A stretch of DNA of 33,162 nt from Campylobacteraceae bacterium (lineage in GTDB: Bacteria > Campylobacterota > Campylobacteria > Campylobacterales > Sulfurovaceae), in assembly GCA_026986085.1 (NCBI GenBank), contig JALSPE010000111.1:1-33162 (forward strand). Direction: 5' to 3'. Below are positions 9,319 to 22,135 of this stretch, piece after piece. Within the stretch, counting starts at the first letter, position 1, and every line of letters begins with the position of its first letter. A model generated the notes under the pieces. It worked only from the letters and a program-made list of their open reading frames with translations, made no database searches and was not told the origin of the DNA. The position numbers were made by a program, and so were the translations under genes.

Positions 9319-10092
9319 TTACCCATTTATATTATAGATAACTGTAAAATTTAGTGGTTTTGGGCTTGAGTGTGGTCCAAAACCTACACTTTTTAATCTA
9401 TCCAAATATGACTTTAATGATTTATTTAATTCAGGATTTAGAGAGTGAGATAGAATTTTATATTCAAATAGCCCTGTAGAGTAGATAATTAATTCTATTT
9501 TTATCTTCTCTCCTGCAAAGTTACTTTGTGCTTGCCAAGACCTCAAAATTGATGTAACTTTTGCTTTATACTTATCTACTAATCCTTTACCCTGATTAAC
9601 TTTTTTAATACTTTTACCAGATTTACCTGCTCTTTTGTTAATTGGTTTATCATCTTTTATACCTTTTGGTAATTTTTTAAATAGAGATGAAGCCTTTGTT
9701 GGCTTAGTTCTTTTATTAGTTTTTGTTGGTTTTTTGTGTGTTGGTTTTACTCTTTTAGTATGAGTTTTTATAGCTTTTTTTGTATGTTTTATTGGCTTAG
9801 ATGTTTTGCTTGTCTCTTTTATGTTTCTAACCTTTTTAACAACTTTTTTAGGCTCTTTTTTCTCTGTTTTTTTAGGCTCTTTTTTCTCATCTCTCTTTTG
9901 AGTTATCGATTTTGTTGATTTTGGCTTAACAGGTGAACCTAAAGAGACCTCAATTATATCAGATTTCTTCTCAACAAAATTTTTAGCTTTTTTCTCATCT
10001 GGGTCATATATTGCAATAGAGAAGATTGTAACAATTATAATTAGATATATCAATATAGATGAAGCTATCGCTTCTAACTGAACTCTTTTCAT
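9319..10092 (-). CDS. TonB/TolA family energy transducer (Lys/Pro-rich linker)
   Basis: N-terminal single TM anchor, long Lys/Pro/Thr-rich linker with KKEPKK repeats, C-terminal ~80-aa TonB/TolA-like domain. 4-nt overlap with the upstream exbD/tolR. Confidence 0.7.
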   Translation of the reverse strand: MKRVQLEAIASSILIYLIIIVTIFSIAIYDPDEKKAKNFVEKKSDIIEVSLGSPVKPKSTKSITQKRDEKKEPKKTEKKEPKKVVKKVRNIKETSKTSKPIKHTKKAIKTHTKRVKPTHKKPTKTNKRTKPTKASSLFKKLPKGIKDDKPINKRAGKSGKSIKKVNQGKGLVDKYKAKVTSILRSWQAQSNFAGEKIKIELIIYSTGLFEYKILSHSLNPELNKSLKSYLDRLKSVGFGPHSSPKPLNFTVIYNING

Positions 10093-10472
10093 TCTGTAAT
10101 AAGTGAAACTTTGGTAAAACCTACATCTTTAACACTTTTTAGTAGATATATTACATCACCATATGCTAAATGTTTGTCTGCTCTAATAAAAACTGTAGTA
10201 TTTAGGTTAAAATTTTTAGATTTCATCATAAAAGTATCTCTAAAGTTATCTAAGCTAAATTGCTCTTTACCAAGATAGATTACCTTTTGAGCATCCATTC
10301 TAATTGTAACTTTAGACTCTTTATCGACCTCTTTACTCTGTGTGCCTTGAGGCAAGTCTATCTTCTCTTGATAGGTCATAGTAGGGGCTGTAACCATTAA
10401 TATTGCCATTAAAACCAACATAACATCAACAAATGGCGTAATATTTAAATCTGGTTCATCATCCCAATTCAC
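10089..10472 (-). CDS. ExbD/TolR family biopolymer transport protein
   Basis: 127 aa with an N-terminal [12 protein letters not shown]-type TM motif carrying the conserved Asp, and a periplasmic domain. GTG start overlaps the exbB/tolQ stop. Confidence 0.88.
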   Translation of the reverse strand: MNWDDEPDLNITPFVDVMLVLMAILMVTAPTMTYQEKIDLPQGTQSKEVDKESKVTIRMDAQKVIYLGKEQFSLDNFRDTFMMKSKNFNLNTTVFIRADKHLAYGDVIYLLKSVKDVGFTKVSLITE

Positions 10473-11038
10473 TATTCGCTCCTACTGACTAAAATCTCTG
10501 CAGCAGATTCAAGTGTAGAGTTTAACTCATAAACCTTTCTTTTAAGTAGTAAGTTAAAAGAGTAAGCAAAGATAGCAACAAATATACCAACAGCAGTTGC
10601 AATAAGTGCTTCACTAATTGCTGGTGCGACTACAGAGAGTGATGCACTCTTTAAATTACCCAATTTACTAAAAGCATCTAAGATACCAACAACTGTTCCA
10701 AATAGACCAATAAAAGGAGAGGTAGAAGCCATAATACTAAGTTGAGTCAAGCCCTTGGTTGATACACGAATTGTATCACTAATTGCAGCTTTAAAAATCT
10801 TATCTAAACTTCCATCAGACCTATTCATATAACTATAGAGAATTGAGCTTGGATCTGGATGAGTATCATTAGAAGTATATAGTTTAGATAGAGACTCTTG
10901 CTCTACTTTTAAACGCCTACTTATTGTTCGATATCTGTAGATAAAAATTGATAGAGTAGATATGAAATATAGTGAAAGTGTGCCTATAACTATATAAGTT
11001 ATAATGCCACTTTGTGCAAAGTAATCTGATATAGACAT
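10472..11038 (-). CDS. MotA/TolQ/ExbB family proton channel protein
   Basis: 188 aa, three TM segments, conserved [13 protein letters not shown] and [19 protein letters not shown] motifs. Confidence 0.88.
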   Translation of the reverse strand: MSISDYFAQSGIITYIVIGTLSLYFISTLSIFIYRYRTISRRLKVEQESLSKLYTSNDTHPDPSSILYSYMNRSDGSLDKIFKAAISDTIRVSTKGLTQLSIMASTSPFIGLFGTVVGILDAFSKLGNLKSASLSVVAPAISEALIATAVGIFVAIFAYSFNLLLKRKVYELNSTLESAAEILVSRSE

Positions 11039-11041
11039 ACT

Positions 11042-11422
11042 CTACTTCTTGATAGATTCTATTTTGCTAACAGCAGCAGCAATTGTTGTATCACTACTTT
11101 GCGCTTTTTTTAATAACTCTTTAGCTTTTGATAAATTTTCGCTTAATTCACCCTCTTCATCTGTAATAGCAACTGCACCATCTACAATACAGCTAACTTT
11201 ATTTTCAGAAACTTTTGCATAACCACCATTAATAGCTATTACAATCTCTTTATTATCATCTGTAGTTGCAGATATAACTCCTGCATCTAAAAGGCTTACT
11301 AAACTAGCATGTTGTGGTAAAACACCAAACTCACCATCTTTACCACAAAGAGTTACAACTTTTACATCGCCATCGTATATAACACCATGTGGTGTTACAA
11401 TTTCTAGCTTTAAATTGCTCAT
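11042..11422 (-). CDS. atpC: F0F1 ATP synthase subunit epsilon
   Basis: 126 aa with an epsilon beta-sandwich N-terminus (LKLEIVTP.G..YDG.V..V), last gene of the atp cluster. Confidence 0.92.
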   Translation of the reverse strand: MSNLKLEIVTPHGVIYDGDVKVVTLCGKDGEFGVLPQHASLVSLLDAGVISATTDDNKEIVIAINGGYAKVSENKVSCIVDGAVAITDEEGELSENLSKAKELLKKAQSSDTTIAAAVSKIESIKK

Positions 11423-11438
11423 GGGACTCCTTTAGTCT

Positions 11439-12854
<1,416 letters not shown>

Positions 12855-12868
12855 CTATTCTCCTTAAA

Positions 12869-13750
12869 TTATTTCATCGACTCAACGCCACTAATTATCT
12901 CGATTAACTCTGTTGTAATCGCCTCTTGTCTCGCTTTGTTATATGATACTGTTAAGCTATCAACCATATCTTTTGCATTATTAGTTGCAGCATCCATAGC
13001 CTGCATTCTAGCACTATGCTCAGCTGCTAAAGAGTCTATTAATGCGTAATATATTGTATATTCAATATATCTATTGATTAACTCATCTAATAAAGAGTCA
13101 TCATCTGGTTCCATCTCTAACTCTGAAGTAGATATAGAATCTGGCTTAAATTCATCAGGATTAAGTGGTAGAATATTATCTACTCTTACCTCTTGTGTAA
13201 TCATATTTACATATCCGTTGTGAACAATAATAACTTTATCAGTCTCTCCATCTAAATATGAATCTACAACAACTTTTATAAATTCTGCTGCTTTATCATA
13301 AGTTGGAGCAGAGCTTAAACCATCTACTGCACTCTCTAACTCTCTTTGTTGAAACTTATAGTAACCAATAGCTTTTTTACCAATTACTCTAAGTCTAACT
13401 TTAGCTCCTGCAGCTTCATACTCCTCTATAAAACTATTAGCCTGTTTAATAGTTTGAGAGTTAAATCCACCACAAAGACCTTTATCAGATGTAATTACAA
13501 CAATATCAACAACTTTTGGCTCTTTAGTGCTTTTAAAATATGGAGAGTCAATACTATCTTGAGATTTTGCAATATTAGCAGAAATCTCTTCTAGCATCTC
13601 TGTAATTTTAATAGCATAAGCCTTTGATGCTTTAGCAACTTGCTCAGCTCGTCTAAGTTTTGCAGAAGATACAAGCTTCATTGCTCTTGTAGTCTTTTGC
13701 GTCCCTTTAACGCTCTTTATCTTTCTTTTAATCTCTTTTAAGCTAGCCAT
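12869..13750 (-). CDS. atpG: F0F1 ATP synthase subunit gamma
   Basis: N-terminal LKEIKRKIKSVK.TQKTT.AMKLVS and C-terminal ITTELIEIISG motifs. Confidence 0.96.
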   Translation of the reverse strand: MASLKEIKRKIKSVKGTQKTTRAMKLVSSAKLRRAEQVAKASKAYAIKITEMLEEISANIAKSQDSIDSPYFKSTKEPKVVDIVVITSDKGLCGGFNSQTIKQANSFIEEYEAAGAKVRLRVIGKKAIGYYKFQQRELESAVDGLSSAPTYDKAAEFIKVVVDSYLDGETDKVIIVHNGYVNMITQEVRVDNILPLNPDEFKPDSISTSELEMEPDDDSLLDELINRYIEYTIYYALIDSLAAEHSARMQAMDAATNNAKDMVDSLTVSYNKARQEAITTELIEIISGVESMK

Positions 13751-13764
13751 TCTTCAGCCTTTAA

Positions 13765-15279
13765 TTAAGCGCTAAATTGAGATTTGAAATCCTCAATCGC
13801 TTTTTTAAGTTCCTCTTCATTCTCATCTGTAAGTTTTTTATTCTCTCTGATATCTTCTAAAATTTGTGGGTATTTACTCTCTACAAATAGTAAAAACTCT
13901 CTCTCAAATTTAGTAACTGCTTCTACTGGAATATCATCTAAGTAACCTTTTGTTCCAGCATAGATAGCTACAACTTGCTTCTCGATAGGAATTGGTGAGT
14001 ATGGAGGTTGCTTAAGAAGTTCAACCATTCTTTGCCCTCTCTCAAGTTGATTTCTACTTGATTCATCCAAGTCACTAGCAAATTGTGCAAATGCTTGAAG
14101 CTCTCTAAATGAAGCAAGGTCAAGTCTTAGTGTTCCTGCAACTTGTTTAATTGCTTTAATTTGAGCGGCACCACCAACACGAGATACAGATAAACCAACA
14201 TTAATAGCTGGACGAATACCAGAGTTAAATAAGTCAGTTTCTAGGAAAATTTGACCATCAGTGATAGAGATAACATTTGTTGGAATATATGCAGATACAT
14301 CTCCAGCTTGAGTTTCAATAATTGGGAATGCAGTAATTGAACCAGCACCCAACTCATCATTAAGTTTTGCTGCACGCTCTAGTAGTCTTGAGTGAAGGTA
14401 GAAAACATCACCAGGGTATGCTTCACGACCTGGAGGTCTTCTTAAAATTAGTGACATCTCTCTGTATGCAACTGCATGTTTAGATAGATCATCGTAGAAT
14501 ATAACAGCATGTTTACCGTTATCTCTAAAGTATTCAGCCATAGTTACACCACCATATGGTGCCAAGAATTGAAGTGCAGATGGGTCAGAAGCACCGGCAT
14601 TAACAACAATTGTATATTCCATTGCTCCAGCTTCTTCTAACTTTTGAACAAGTGAAGCAACAGTTGATTGTTTTTGACCAATAGCAACATAGATACATAT
14701 TACATCTTGACCTTTTTGGTTAATGATTGTATCAATAGCTAGAGTTGTTTTACCTGTTTGTCTATCACCAATAATAAGTTCTCTTTGTCCACGCCCAACA
14801 GGAACAAGTGCATCAATTGCTTTAATACCAGTTTGTAGAGGTTCATGAACAGATTTTCTATCCATAATTCCAGGAGCTTTCTCTTCAACAAATCTCATCT
14901 GCGTTGCTTCTATAGCACCTTTTCCATCTAGTGGCTCACCAAGTGGGCTAACAATACGACCTACAAGTGCCTCTCCTGTTGGAACTTTTAAAAGTTCTCC
15001 AACTCTCTTAACGCTCATACCCTCTCTAATAGATTCAAATTGCCCAAGAACAACGATACCAACACTTGACTCCTCAAGGTTAAGAACCATTCCCTTAATG
15101 CCATTTTCAAACTCGACCATCTCTCCAGCCATTACATTACTCAAGCCATATGCTTTAGCAACACCATCACCAATAGAGACAACTTTACCCACCTCATTAA
15201 TATCTACTTTAATTTCAAAATTTTCAATTCTCTCTTTTATTAAAGAGCTAATTTCATCTGCTTGCAGTTTCGTTGCCAC
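13765..15279 (-). CDS. atpA: F0F1 ATP synthase subunit alpha
   Basis: P-loop GDRQTGKT, conserved alpha-subunit sequence throughout. GTG start with AAGGAG upstream. Confidence 0.98.
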   Translation of the reverse strand: MATKLQADEISSLIKERIENFEIKVDINEVGKVVSIGDGVAKAYGLSNVMAGEMVEFENGIKGMVLNLEESSVGIVVLGQFESIREGMSVKRVGELLKVPTGEALVGRIVSPLGEPLDGKGAIEATQMRFVEEKAPGIMDRKSVHEPLQTGIKAIDALVPVGRGQRELIIGDRQTGKTTLAIDTIINQKGQDVICIYVAIGQKQSTVASLVQKLEEAGAMEYTIVVNAGASDPSALQFLAPYGGVTMAEYFRDNGKHAVIFYDDLSKHAVAYREMSLILRRPPGREAYPGDVFYLHSRLLERAAKLNDELGAGSITAFPIIETQAGDVSAYIPTNVISITDGQIFLETDLFNSGIRPAINVGLSVSRVGGAAQIKAIKQVAGTLRLDLASFRELQAFAQFASDLDESSRNQLERGQRMVELLKQPPYSPIPIEKQVVAIYAGTKGYLDDIPVEAVTKFEREFLLFVESKYPQILEDIRENKKLTDENEEELKKAIEDFKSQFSA

Positions 15280-15303
15280 AAATTCTCCTTTTTGTAATAT
15301 AAC

Positions 15304-15837
15304 TTATAGTGCTTTTTGAATATGCTCTATAAGAGCTTTTTTAACACTCTCTTTAGAGAAGTTAAGCTCTAAACCTAAATCGCTTACTTCCACCTTGATA
15401 CCATCTAAATCACTTTTTATTGTCTCTAACTCAATATTTGCACCACTATAAGATGCTAATTTTTTCTCCAACTTCTCTTTTAGTGTTGAGTCTAACTCTT
15501 CATTACTCTCAACAACTCCTTTAAAGTTATTACTTTTTACCATAATCTCTTTTATTAAGATTTGATATAGTTCTGGAATTAGAGCTAATCTACCTTTTTG
15601 AGCCATCAACTCTAAAAGAGCAACAACTCTCTTATCTAATTTATCTTTTAAAGGTTCTACTAGAGCTTTAAATTTAACACTATTCTTAATTAATGGAGAG
15701 TTTAAAAAAGTAGATACTTTTTTATCTGAAGTTATAACTTCTGAGATAGCCCCAATTTGAGATGCTACCTCTTCTAATGAGATACCATCTAACTCTAAAA
15801 GAGCTTTTGCATATTTTTTAGCTATTAGTGTCTCCAT
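15304..15837 (-). CDS. atpH: F0F1 ATP synthase subunit delta
   Basis: 177 aa OSCP/delta-like (IAKKYAKAL start), located between atpF and atpA. Confidence 0.9.
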   Translation of the reverse strand: METLIAKKYAKALLELDGISLEEVASQIGAISEVITSDKKVSTFLNSPLIKNSVKFKALVEPLKDKLDKRVVALLELMAQKGRLALIPELYQILIKEIMVKSNNFKGVVESNEELDSTLKEKLEKKLASYSGANIELETIKSDLDGIKVEVSDLGLELNFSKESVKKALIEHIQKAL

Positions 15838-16385
15838 TATGCCACCTCTTTTGTTACAATATTAACAATTTTTTCTGCATCTAATGGAATATCATCACTG
15901 CTAATACTATCATTCAAGATATTAGCTGTAGTCTCTTTAACTACTTTTCTCTTCTCTATTTCCATCTTCTCTTTAGCAACTTTTTCAAGAGTAGCAATCT
16001 CTTGCTCAGCATTTTTGAGTATCTTCTCTTTTACTAGAGTTATCTCTGCTTTTGCATCTTCTACAATCTCTTTAGCTTTTGCTTTAGCCTCTTCTAGCTC
16101 CTCTTGAGCTTTAATTTTTGCATCTTTTGAAGCTTGTCTTCTCTTCTCAATTTCAGCTAATTGCTCAGCTATCGAAGAGGTTCTGTTTTTTAGAAACTCT
16201 TTGATAGGGTTAGCTAAAAGATAGTATAAAAGTGCAACTAAAAGAACAAAGTTAAAGAGCCTTGGAACAAAATCTGTTTCACGACCAGTAAGCTCTAAAT
16301 ATTGCTCAGCCATCTTATTATCACCACTTGCTAATAAAAGTGCAGGAATAGCTAGTAGTGCCATTAATTTCAAATATCTACTCAT
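15837..16385 (-). CDS. atpF: F0F1 ATP synthase subunit B
   Basis: One hydrophobic segment near the N-terminus (FNFVLLVALLYYLLANPI) followed by a long charged Ala/Glu/Lys helix. Position in the operon. Confidence 0.88.
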   Translation of the reverse strand: MSRYLKLMALLAIPALLLASGDNKMAEQYLELTGRETDFVPRLFNFVLLVALLYYLLANPIKEFLKNRTSSIAEQLAEIEKRRQASKDAKIKAQEELEEAKAKAKEIVEDAKAEITLVKEKILKNAEQEIATLEKVAKEKMEIEKRKVVKETTANILNDSISSDDIPLDAEKIVNIVTKEVA

Positions 16386-16394
16386 ACCTAATCC

Positions 16395-16820
16395 TTAAAA
16401 AGCTTGTGAAAATTTAGCTTTAAGAGACTCTTTAATAAGAGGAACTTGTGAAAGAAGACCATTTTTAAGTTCCTCTTTCTCCTCTTCTAATCTCTTAGTA
16501 AACTCTTCATAAGCTTTATCAAGCTCAACCTCTTTAGTAGCAATAAGTTTTTCAGCCTCGCTACTTGCTTCTTCTATTGCACTTTGACGCATTTTATTTG
16601 CCTCTTGCTTAGCTTTTTCAAGTATCTCATTTGCTTCTTGCAGTAACTCTTCTGCGCTACCAGAAAGCTCTTGAGACTCTTTAGAAGCTTTAGCAATAGT
16701 CATATCACGCTGATCCATAAAGTTAATAATTGGCTGATATAGTGCTTTATCTAAATAGACAATTAAGCCTATAAAGAGCAGAAGCACAATCAGCATCAAC
16801 GACGGTGACAGTGTTAGCAT
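16395..16820 (-). CDS. F0F1 ATP synthase subunit B'
   Basis: 141 aa with an N-terminal TM helix plus a charged coiled coil. First gene of the atpF'-F-H-A-G-D-C cluster, as in Campylobacterota. AGGAGG SD. Confidence 0.85.
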   Translation of the reverse strand: MLTLSPSLMLIVLLLFIGLIVYLDKALYQPIINFMDQRDMTIAKASKESQELSGSAEELLQEANEILEKAKQEANKMRQSAIEEASSEAEKLIATKEVELDKAYEEFTKRLEEEKEELKNGLLSQVPLIKESLKAKFSQAF

Positions 16821-16874
16821 TTGCCCTCCTATAAAAATATGCGTAATTTTATCTTATTAGATTTTAAATAGGGG

Positions 16875-17768
16875 TTAATTTTTGCTAGTCTCTTTAATAA
16901 AAGCTATAAATTTATCTAATTTATCATCTGAATCGAGTAGTATCTCTACACTTGATTTTTTTACTCTTATATCAAAAGGTATCAACTCTTTTAGTTGCTG
17001 AGTTTTATCTTTTGATATTTTAAAAGATTTGGATTTAATAATATCATCTACTCTTTTACTGCCATCTCTATCTTTTAATCTTTTAGCGATAGATTCTACC
17101 TCTCTAACACTAAGTTTTTGCCCTGCTATTGTATCTACTAAAACTTTTTGCTTATCTTTTGGCAAAGATACTAAAATTTTTGCATGACCTTGGGATATTT
17201 TATTAGATACAATTGCTTCTTGCGCATACTCATCTAAATTTAACAATCTTAATGTATTGGTTATTTGCGAGCGACTTTTATGGACAATATTAGATAACTC
17301 ATCGTGTGTAATATTATGAACTTCTATAAGCTCTTTATATGAGTTGGCTAACTCTATAGCATTAAGATTTTCTCTTTGGATATTCTCAATAAGGGCTAAC
17401 TCTCTTAATCTTAATTCATCTAATTCAATATCTGCAACTATTGCTTTAATAGTATCTAAATTAGCGAGTTTAGTAGCCCTAAGTCTTCTCTCACCAGCAA
17501 TTAATATATATCTATCTTCATGATTAATTACTACAATTGGCTGAAGAAGTCCATGCTCTTTTATTGAGTCTGATAACTCTTGAAGTCTATCTGGATCAAA
17601 GTTTTTTCTAGGTTGATATGGATTTGGCTCAATCGAATCTACATCTATCTCTGCAATTATATCTGAATTGCTATCTTTAACTGCTTCGTTATATTGAGAT
17701 TCGTAAGTAGAGCCTATCTCATCTAAAATAGCTCCTAAGCCTCTGCCTAAACCACTCTTTTTTGCCAT
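16875..17768 (-). CDS. parB: Chromosome partitioning protein ParB (Spo0J)
   Basis: ParB box GERRLRA, HTH region, N-terminal GLGRGLGAIL motif. Confidence 0.95.
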   Translation of the reverse strand: MAKKSGLGRGLGAILDEIGSTYESQYNEAVKDSNSDIIAEIDVDSIEPNPYQPRKNFDPDRLQELSDSIKEHGLLQPIVVINHEDRYILIAGERRLRATKLANLDTIKAIVADIELDELRLRELALIENIQRENLNAIELANSYKELIEVHNITHDELSNIVHKSRSQITNTLRLLNLDEYAQEAIVSNKISQGHAKILVSLPKDKQKVLVDTIAGQKLSVREVESIAKRLKDRDGSKRVDDIIKSKSFKISKDKTQQLKELIPFDIRVKKSSVEILLDSDDKLDKFIAFIKETSKN

Positions 17769-17770
17769 AA

Positions 17771-18553
17771 CTATCTGCTTTTTATTATTGCTGAGGCTAA
17801 TGCTCTATATGCTTGTGAACCTTTAGATTGTGCTGCATAAGTTATAACTGGTTCGCCAAAACTAGGGCTCTCGGCAATTTTTACATTTCTAGGAACAACA
17901 ATATAATCTTTTTTAAATTTAAATAGAGAATTCTTAAAGTGTCTCTCTAAATCGGCTAAAACCTGTTTAGATAGATTATTTTGTCCTGAATACATTGTTG
18001 GCAAAAAGCCTTTTATTTTAAGATTTGGATTTATAGATTTTTTAATTAATCCTATTGTATTCATTAGTTGAGCCAAACCCTCTAGTGCAAAATATTCACA
18101 CTGTATAGGAACAATAACAGAGTCTGAAGCACCGAGTGCATTGATTGTAATTGGTCCTAGGGCTGGAGGAGAGTCGATTATAATATAGTCGTAGCTATCT
18201 CTTATTTTAGCTATCTTCTTTTTTAAAATTAACTCTCTGTTTCTATTTTTTTTGTCATAAAACTCTCGCTCTATTCCAACTAAACCTATATTAGATGGAG
18301 CAAGGTCCAATTTTTTATACTCTGTGCTTATTATAATATCTTCTAACTCTTTGTTGCCTATTAGAACATGATATATGTTAAATTCATAATCTGTTCTTTG
18401 AAACCCTAGATTTGTTGTAGCATTTGCTTGTGGGTCTGCATCTATTAATAACACTCTTTTACCCTCTTTTGAAAGAGAGGCCGCAAGATTTACAGCTGTT
18501 GTTGTTTTTCCTACGCCACCTTTTTGGTTGGCTATACTTATTACTTCACTCAT
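17771..18553 (-). CDS. parA: Chromosome partitioning ATPase ParA/Soj
   Basis: Deviant Walker A KGGVGKTT, DADPQANAT, IIIDSPPALG motifs. Confidence 0.95.
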   Translation of the reverse strand: MSEVISIANQKGGVGKTTTAVNLAASLSKEGKRVLLIDADPQANATTNLGFQRTDYEFNIYHVLIGNKELEDIIISTEYKKLDLAPSNIGLVGIEREFYDKKNRNRELILKKKIAKIRDSYDYIIIDSPPALGPITINALGASDSVIVPIQCEYFALEGLAQLMNTIGLIKKSINPNLKIKGFLPTMYSGQNNLSKQVLADLERHFKNSLFKFKKDYIVVPRNVKIAESPSFGEPVITYAAQSKGSQAYRALASAIIKSR

Positions 18554-19185
18554 CTTAAGCTATATATCCTTTCATCATTTACCAATAATGCGCCATCATC
18601 GCATAGTTTTGCATTTTTTAAAGTTGTTTTTTTTCCTTTAATATGCACAGTTAAACTTTTATTATTTTCAAATTCTACCCTATATTTACTGAGAACTTCC
18701 TGCCAATTTTTACCTTTTTTTAATAGCATAAAATATGAATTTAACATTTTTTTAACATTTTTTACATCATTAAAATATGCATACTTTTCATCTTTGGGTG
18801 TTAAATTTATACCTATCCCCACTATTAAGGTGTTCTTTAAAATTTGAGTAACAACTCCACCTGCTTTTTTGTTTTTTATATAGATATCATTAGGCCACTT
18901 TAGCCAACAATTATTGTCATATTCATGTAAAATTTCTTTCATAAAATATGCAAAATATATTGAGGCTGAACTTATTAGTAAATCTTTGGGTAGTGACTCT
19001 TTTTTTACTACGAAAGAGAGTGTCAAATCCCCTCTATTAGCGATCCAACTATTGTTTCTACTGCCTATTCCACCATATTGCTCATTAGCTACTATTGCTA
19101 TCTCTTTATCTGTTTTGCCCTCTTTAATCAATTTAACAAGATATTTCTGAGTAGATTCTAATTTATCAAAATAGAGTATCTCCAA
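18550..19185 (-). CDS. birA: Biotin--[acetyl-CoA-carboxylase] ligase (group I, no HTH domain)
   Basis: 211 aa, ESTQ motif, Gly-rich biotin-binding loop (GGIGSRNNSW), KWPNDIY motif. TTG start is the only start after an in-frame TAA, with AAGGA upstream. Overlaps fmt by 20 nt. Confidence 0.8.
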   Translation of the reverse strand: MEILYFDKLESTQKYLVKLIKEGKTDKEIAIVANEQYGGIGSRNNSWIANRGDLTLSFVVKKESLPKDLLISSASIYFAYFMKEILHEYDNNCWLKWPNDIYIKNKKAGGVVTQILKNTLIVGIGINLTPKDEKYAYFNDVKNVKKMLNSYFMLLKKGKNWQEVLSKYRVEFENNKSLTVHIKGKKTTLKNAKLCDDGALLVNDERIYSLR

Positions 19186-20074
19186 TTGTTATCCTTTTAC
19201 CCATTATATAAGCTTTTGCACTCATTTTAGCTTTTGATGGTGGCTGAAGTGTCGCAACTTTTATCGCACCCAAAGTGCAACCTATGGTAACACTATCATC
19301 GAATATATCTAAAATCTCCCCAGCATTATTTGTTGTAACTGAATCAATTAACTCTATATCTAATAGTTTTAAACCACTCTCCAAAAAGACTCCTGGCCAC
19401 CCAAAAAATGCACAACTTTTAGCATAGAGTATATTTGCATCACTAAAATCTACTAATCCATCAGATTTTTTAATCTTTTTACACTTTGTAGATAGAGCAT
19501 CAAATTGAGGTATTGGTTCAATATTATCAAACTCTCTTAATATACTTAGGGTCAATTTTGCAGCTAAATTACTTAACATGTTTGTCATATCATAAAGATT
19601 TGGTGCTTGAGCTGTTTTAATAAACCTAAACCCAAGCATATCTCCACTATCTAACCCCTCTTCCATTAACATTGCAGTAACTCCACTATACTCATCTTGA
19701 TTTAATATTGCTTGTTGTATTGGAGATGCACCTCTATATTTTGGTAAAATTGATGCATGTAGGTTTATGCATGGAGCTATATCTAAAATCTCTTTTGGCA
19801 ATAGCTGCCCATATGCTGCTACAACAATAAAATCTGGATTTAAATCTCTTATTATTTTATAAAAAGTTTCATCTTTCAAACTCTCTGGCTGATAGATTTC
19901 TATATTATGCTTTAGAGAGAGCTCTTTTACCGGTGGTGGAGTTAGCACCTTTTTTCTGCCAAATGGGCGATCTGGCTGAGTAAATGTAGCCACTACGCCT
20001 ATATCTTCTGCTTTAATCAACTCATTTAAGATAACCTTTGCATAATCGGGTGTTCCCATAAAGATTACTCTCAT
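19166..20074 (-). CDS. fmt: Methionyl-tRNA formyltransferase
   Basis: [10 protein letters not shown] start, [15 protein letters not shown] catalytic motif, C-terminal Fmt domain. Confidence 0.95.
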   Translation of the reverse strand: MRVIFMGTPDYAKVILNELIKAEDIGVVATFTQPDRPFGRKKVLTPPPVKELSLKHNIEIYQPESLKDETFYKIIRDLNPDFIVVAAYGQLLPKEILDIAPCINLHASILPKYRGASPIQQAILNQDEYSGVTAMLMEEGLDSGDMLGFRFIKTAQAPNLYDMTNMLSNLAAKLTLSILREFDNIEPIPQFDALSTKCKKIKKSDGLVDFSDANILYAKSCAFFGWPGVFLESGLKLLDIELIDSVTTNNAGEILDIFDDSVTIGCTLGAIKVATLQPPSKAKMSAKAYIMGKRITIGDTLF

Positions 20075-20841
20075 ACCATCTCCTTCGTAAATAGTGTTCC
20101 ACCAATATGCTCTTTATTAAGTAGAAAACTCTCTATATCTTGTAGATTGAATCCACTTGCTAAAAATATGCTCTTGTCTCTATCGAGTAGAAATTTTGCA
20201 GCTTGAAGTTTTGTCACAATCCCACCAGTTGCAAACTCTCCATTTGGTGTGCATTTGGACTCTAACTCATCATTAGTTAAGTGAGTAACAACTTTTCGAG
20301 GTTTTGCACTGCTATTTTTGTTTGGGTCATCTGTATAGTATGCATCTATATCGCTTAATATTGCCAATATATCGGCATCAAAATAGTATGCAACATGGGC
20401 AGATAATCTATCGTTGTCTCCGAAAAGAAGCTCTTCTGTTGCAGTTACATCATTTTCATTAATAATTGGAACTATTCTATTTTCTAATAATTTTTCAATT
20501 GCACCTTTTGCAAATTTTGTTCTCTTTCTAGAGTCAAAGTCATCAGCAGTTAATAGAATTTGTGCAACTTCTATATTGTATCTATCAAATGCCTCTTGGT
20601 AGTGTTTTAGCAAGAGTGGCTGCCCAATTGCTGCTAGGGCTTGTTTCTCTTCTACTTTTGCTCTATTCATTGCAACTTTTGTAAAACCAGCTGCTACTGC
20701 ACCTGAACTTACTAAAATTACCTCTTTTTTACTGCCGTGTAACTTTGCAATTAAATCTACAAGGTTTTGCAATCTATCTAGTGCAATTTTTCCATCTTGT
20801 GTTAATACATGTGAACCAACTTTTATTACTACTCTTCTCAT
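20071..20841 (-). CDS. proB: Glutamate 5-kinase (short form lacking PUA domain)
   Basis: VIKVGS..L amino-acid kinase N-terminus, VSSGAVAAG motif, 256 aa. Confidence 0.92.
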   Translation of the reverse strand: MRRVVIKVGSHVLTQDGKIALDRLQNLVDLIAKLHGSKKEVILVSSGAVAAGFTKVAMNRAKVEEKQALAAIGQPLLLKHYQEAFDRYNIEVAQILLTADDFDSRKRTKFAKGAIEKLLENRIVPIINENDVTATEELLFGDNDRLSAHVAYYFDADILAILSDIDAYYTDDPNKNSSAKPRKVVTHLTNDELESKCTPNGEFATGGIVTKLQAAKFLLDRDKSIFLASGFNLQDIESFLLNKEHIGGTLFTKEMV

Positions 20842-21944
20842 TATTTCTCTTTTTTACTCTTTATTAATTTAAATAGTAGAAATTTAAGTGCATCAAGATT
20901 TACTCTTGAAACTGCCGAAATTGGCAAAAGAAAAATTGGCTGGTTATAATCTAAATCTTCCCAATCTTCTCTATCTTGAACATAACTTAATAGATTTTTT
21001 TCGGCTCCAAACTCTACTGCTTTGCTATTTGGCTCTAAACCTATATCTTTAAAAAACTCTTCTAATTTTTCATTTAAATCCTCTGCACTTAAAGCATCTA
21101 TTTTAGTAACAGCTATTGCAAATGCTCTATCTCCAAGAGAGCTGGAGTATCTATTTATCTCCTCTTTAAGGGCTTCTAGTTGATACTTCATCTCTCTATA
21201 GTTTGTAGCATCTATCATATAAAGAAGTGTTTTAGTTCTCTCAATATGTCTTAAAAACTCCAATCCAAGCCCTCTACCATCACTTGCTCCCTCGATGATT
21301 CCTGGAATATCAGCCATTAAAAACGATTCATACTCACTAATTTGAACAACACCAAGCTTTGGTGTAAGTGTTGTAAATTCATAGTTAGCAACTTCTGGTC
21401 TTGCATTTGACAAAGATGATATAAGTGTAGATTTACCAACATTAGGAAAGCCTACTAACCCCACATCTGCAATAGATTTTAGCTCCAATCTTATCTCTTT
21501 TGTCTCTCCAGGAAGTCCAGGTTGTGCATAGGTTGGTCTCTGATTTGTAGGACCTTTAAAGTGAACATTACCCAAACCCCCTTTTCCTCCTGCTAAAAAC
21601 TCTACTACTGCTTTATCTTCTGTTAAATCCAGTAAAACTTCTCCACTCTCAATATCTACAACTTGAGTTCCTGGAGGAACCGTTAAATAGAGATCTTCTC
21701 CCTTTTTCCCACTTCTTTTTCTCCCCTCTCCAGGGCGACCATTTTTAGCTTTAAGAATCCTCTTTCCACGATAGTAAGAGAGAGTGTCAGTATTGGCATC
21801 TACTTTAAAATATACAGAACCTCCTCTTCCTCCATCTCCTCCATCTGGACCACCTTTGGTTACAAACTTTTCTGTATGAAATGAAACACAACCTGCTCCA
21901 CCTTTACCTGAGCTAACAGTTAGCTCTACTTTGTCAATAAACAT
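20841..21944 (-). CDS. obg: GTPase Obg/CgtA
   Basis: Gly-rich Obg fold ([16 protein letters not shown]), G1 [10 protein letters not shown]3 [10 protein letters not shown]. Confidence 0.96.
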   Translation of the reverse strand: MFIDKVELTVSSGKGGAGCVSFHTEKFVTKGGPDGGDGGRGGSVYFKVDANTDTLSYYRGKRILKAKNGRPGEGRKRSGKKGEDLYLTVPPGTQVVDIESGEVLLDLTEDKAVVEFLAGGKGGLGNVHFKGPTNQRPTYAQPGLPGETKEIRLELKSIADVGLVGFPNVGKSTLISSLSNARPEVANYEFTTLTPKLGVVQISEYESFLMADIPGIIEGASDGRGLGLEFLRHIERTKTLLYMIDATNYREMKYQLEALKEEINRYSSSLGDRAFAIAVTKIDALSAEDLNEKLEEFFKDIGLEPNSKAVEFGAEKNLLSYVQDREDWEDLDYNQPIFLLPISAVSRVNLDALKFLLFKLIKSKKEK

Positions 21945-22061
21945 ATTTTATTCCTTATACTTCAAATATACCATTTAATCTTTACTTTGAAAAATTGTTA
22001 TAAAATTATATCTAAACTCATATTTCATATAGTTATTTTTTTTTACCTTAGCACCTAATCT

Positions 22062-22110
22062 TGATATAATATAGTTATTGGCAGATACCCTAATGCAGGT
22101 ATTTTGCCAA
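22062..22110 (+). promoter_or_regulatory. Candidate extended -10 promoter (TGATATAAT) plus adjacent inverted repeat upstream of the XRE-family gene
   Basis: TGaTATAAT at 22062-22070. The inverted repeat TTGGCAGATACC-N8-GGTATTTTGCCAA at 22078-22110 starts about where transcription would initiate, and the ATG is at 22136. Confidence 0.4.
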
Positions 22111-22135
22111 TTAATTAGATTATTTGGGATATTAG

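Noticed and set aside
22036-22044. Homopolymer tracts as phase-variation switches (T9 at 22036-22044, T8 at 9213-9220, C5 at 23591-23595).
   Set aside because: There are no long G/C tracts of the kind used for phase variation in Campylobacterota. A/T runs of this length are unremarkable in ~30 percent GC intergenic DNA.
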